A DNA stretch of 26,465 nucleotides from a bacterium (GTDB taxonomy: Bacteria > Patescibacteriota > Minisyncoccia > Phycocordibacterales > UBA10002), in the NCBI GenBank assembly GCA_030648695.1, contig JAUSHG010000036.1:1-26465 (forward strand), written 5' to 3'. This document shows, one piece after another, positions 25,099-26,465 of this stretch. A model generated the notes under the pieces. The model saw only the letters and a program-made list of their open reading frames with translations. It ran no database searches and was not told the DNA's origin. Both the position numbers and the translations under genes were made by a program. Positions within the stretch are counted from its first letter, which is position 1. Every line of letters starts with the position of its first letter.

Positions 25099-25500
25099 CT
25101 ATCGCCGAACCTTTTCGTTTATATCTAAACTCCACGTGAGGTCCTTCAGTTTACTTTCCGCTAACGCTGGCACGGATGCTTGAGGCGCCGCCTTGTCGGC
25201 GGGTGAGGCGTCTGGTTTATGCGGCTTTTTTTTCCACAAGTACAAACGATTTCCCAGAGCATATTGCAGAGCGGCTTGTAGGGTAAACACAAAGGGCTTG
25301 CCGTTTGGGGTCGCAAAGGCGAGCGCCAAAGCGAGTAGGGCGATGGGCGCGATGAAGATAATCGCAATAAAAAATGGGAGGTAATGGTACAGAATGTAAA
25401 TCATTCCCCCCGCTCCCACGACATAAATAAACTGCTTGACCGTGAGAGGCCCGAACAGCTTGTCTTCTATGTTGATGAATTGTGGAACCTGGAACCTCAC
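25099..25500 (-). CDS. prgI: PrgI-family membrane protein
   Basis: MRFQVPQFINIEDKLFGPLTVKQF, two TM segments, PNGKPF. Confidence 0.88.
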   Translation of the reverse strand: MRFQVPQFINIEDKLFGPLTVKQFIYVVGAGGMIYILYHYLPFFIAIIFIAPIALLALALAFATPNGKPFVFTLQAALQYALGNRLYLWKKKPHKPDASPADKAAPQASVPALAESKLKDLTWSLDINEKVRR

Positions 25501-25502
25501 GG

Positions 25503-25919
25503 TAGTTATAAGTTAGAAGTTTGTAAGTTATAAGTTCTTTCTAAGAAAGCTGACATATCCGCTTATCATTTTTATCAACTCAACATGTCTCTCAATAATT
25601 TCCCCATTTTTGTAGAATTCCTTTTCAAGGCATACCTCAAGATTTCGTCTCGTTTCCTCTGCTTCGCATTTGGCAGTATCATTTATTATTCGTATTTTTT
25701 CCTTGATGGACTGTTTATTATACGCTTCGGCGATATTGTTAGTAGTAGAGGATGAAGACCTCCGTAACTGGTCAACGCTTCTATACTTTTCGTCCTCAGG
25801 GAATTGCTTTGTTAAATGGAAAACCTCAAGCTCCAATTCTTTTGCCCGCGTATATATCTTTAAATTTTCAAGACCCGTTGCCATAACTTACAAACTTAAA
25901 ACGTATCAACTTTCAACTA
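25503..25919 (-). mobile_element. Filled inverted-arm element C (AACTT family) carrying a divergent four-helix-bundle gene
   Basis: aagtttgtaagttat (25517-25531) is the perfect inverse of ataacttacaaactt (25883-25897), within longer degenerate arrays. Confidence 0.55.
25528..25884 (-). CDS. Four-helix-bundle protein (divergent member)
   Basis: LENLKIY, FPEDEKYRSVDQLRRSSSSTTNNIAEAY, KCEAEET. Confidence 0.85.
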   Translation of the reverse strand: MATGLENLKIYTRAKELELEVFHLTKQFPEDEKYRSVDQLRRSSSSTTNNIAEAYNKQSIKEKIRIINDTAKCEAEETRRNLEVCLEKEFYKNGEIIERHVELIKMISGYVSFLRKNL

Positions 25920-26465
25920 TCCAGAGGTTCTCTGTACGGGTCTAAGGTATATCGCGTATCGGTTTTCGGCATGCTCATGGGCTCGTTTAATTTCCGCTCC
26001 GTTAAGTTTCTATTCGCGTTAACTTCTTCCTCTCCCTCCTCCCCTCCTGTTGTACCCCGTAGTGAGCTCGGCTCTACTACTGGGGCCTGAGGAGGGGTGC
26101 CGAGTCCGCGAGGCGGGGTGGTGGGAGAAGAGGCCTGCCCGTTCAAGTTTTGCTTGCCCGAAATAAATCCATCCGGGGTTTGAACGGGCGGGGCAAAAGT
26201 TGTTCGGGGAGATTGAGGGGGAGTCGGCAAGGGCGATGGCGTTGCAGGAAGAGAGGGAGTAGTGATTTGTGTATTTTCAAGTTCTTTATTTTGATATTTT
26301 TCTATATTTGGTATTCGGGATTCGGTATTACTATTTTGGGCAGGCGGTACCTGCCCGTTCAAATTCGTCTGCGAATTTGCCCGGGTCCACCCCGTGGGAC
26401 CTACGTTAGTTTTAAGTGATAAGTTTGAAGTTGTAAGTTGAGATGGAGGAGGCGTAATTTCTCTG
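25913..26465 (-). CDS. C-terminal part of a hypothetical protein (Pro/Thr-rich, ends DPYREPLDS); runs off the window end
   Basis: The frame is open from 26464 (REITPPPSQLTTSNLSLKTNVG...) to the stop at 25913, so the TTG at 26362 is probably not the start. Confidence 0.7.
   Translation of the reverse strand, partial: REITPPPSQLTTSNLSLKTNVGPTGWTRANSQTNLNGQVPPAQNSNTESRIPNIEKYQNKELENTQITTPSLPATPSPLPTPPQSPRTTFAPPVQTPDGFISGKQNLNGQASSPTTPPRGLGTPPQAPVVEPSSLRGTTGGEEGEEEVNANRNLTERKLNEPMSMPKTDTRYTLDPYREPLDS

Noticed and set aside
17341-25884. Diversity-generating retroelement, suggested by the Avd-like proteins
   Set aside because: No reverse transcriptase and no TR/VR pair differing at adenines in the window. 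The differences between paralogs A and B are mostly synonymous and involve all bases.
17326-25919. Classical IS elements with target-site duplications
   Set aside because: No transposase motifs in the cargo and no clear flanking direct repeats. TA at several ends may simply be part of the tagcta repeat unit.
408-26419. Numerous antisense and alternate-frame ORFs overlapping the assigned genes (for example 587-1225, 6068-6820, 7422-8408, 12766-13326, 21694-22251, 22894-23493)
   Set aside because: Shadow ORFs of well-supported genes, with no motifs of their own.
283-26440. Heptamer arrays as CRISPR arrays
   Set aside because: Units are about 7 nt, degenerate and contiguous, with no unique spacers and no cas genes.
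17750-26465. Integrative conjugative element or prophage
   Set aside because: No integrase, relaxase, coupling protein, att sites or phage genes are visible; the cluster adjoins oriC and fits a chromosomal CPR module.

Overview
This 26.5-kb window is the replication-origin region of a bacterial chromosome, most likely Patescibacteria/CPR (Parcubacteria-like). That placement is inferred from a PolA with no clear 3'-5' exonuclease domain, a short YebC, a KH-R3H-only Jag and a PrgI/VirB4/pilin cluster. Housekeeping genes are holA (partial), polA, tsaE, a GspE/PilB ATPase, ruvB-yebC-ruvC, tyrS, a class A PBP, dnaN-[oriC]-dnaA and rpmH-rnpA-yidC-jag. A minus-strand T4SS-like operon follows. The most striking feature is a set of junction elements made of two inverted arms of degenerate ~7-nt tandem repeats, in several sequence families (AGCT, AACTT, CGAAT, CAATT, TTAAC, AATAC). 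Four elements enclose a small cargo gene: three four-helix-bundle (IVS/Avd-like) genes and one GxxExxY nuclease-like gene. At least seven are empty hairpins, one of which looks like an exact cargo-less, inverted copy of a filled element. The arms often start at the upstream stop codon and end at the downstream start codon, and single arms also occur in frame inside proteins. No transposase, integrase or reverse transcriptase is present in the window. Also noted are a probable standalone structured RNA with a near-consensus promoter (about 5360-5653, minus strand), nested REP-like palindromes and many leaderless-type promoters. Novelty could not be checked against literature or databases.
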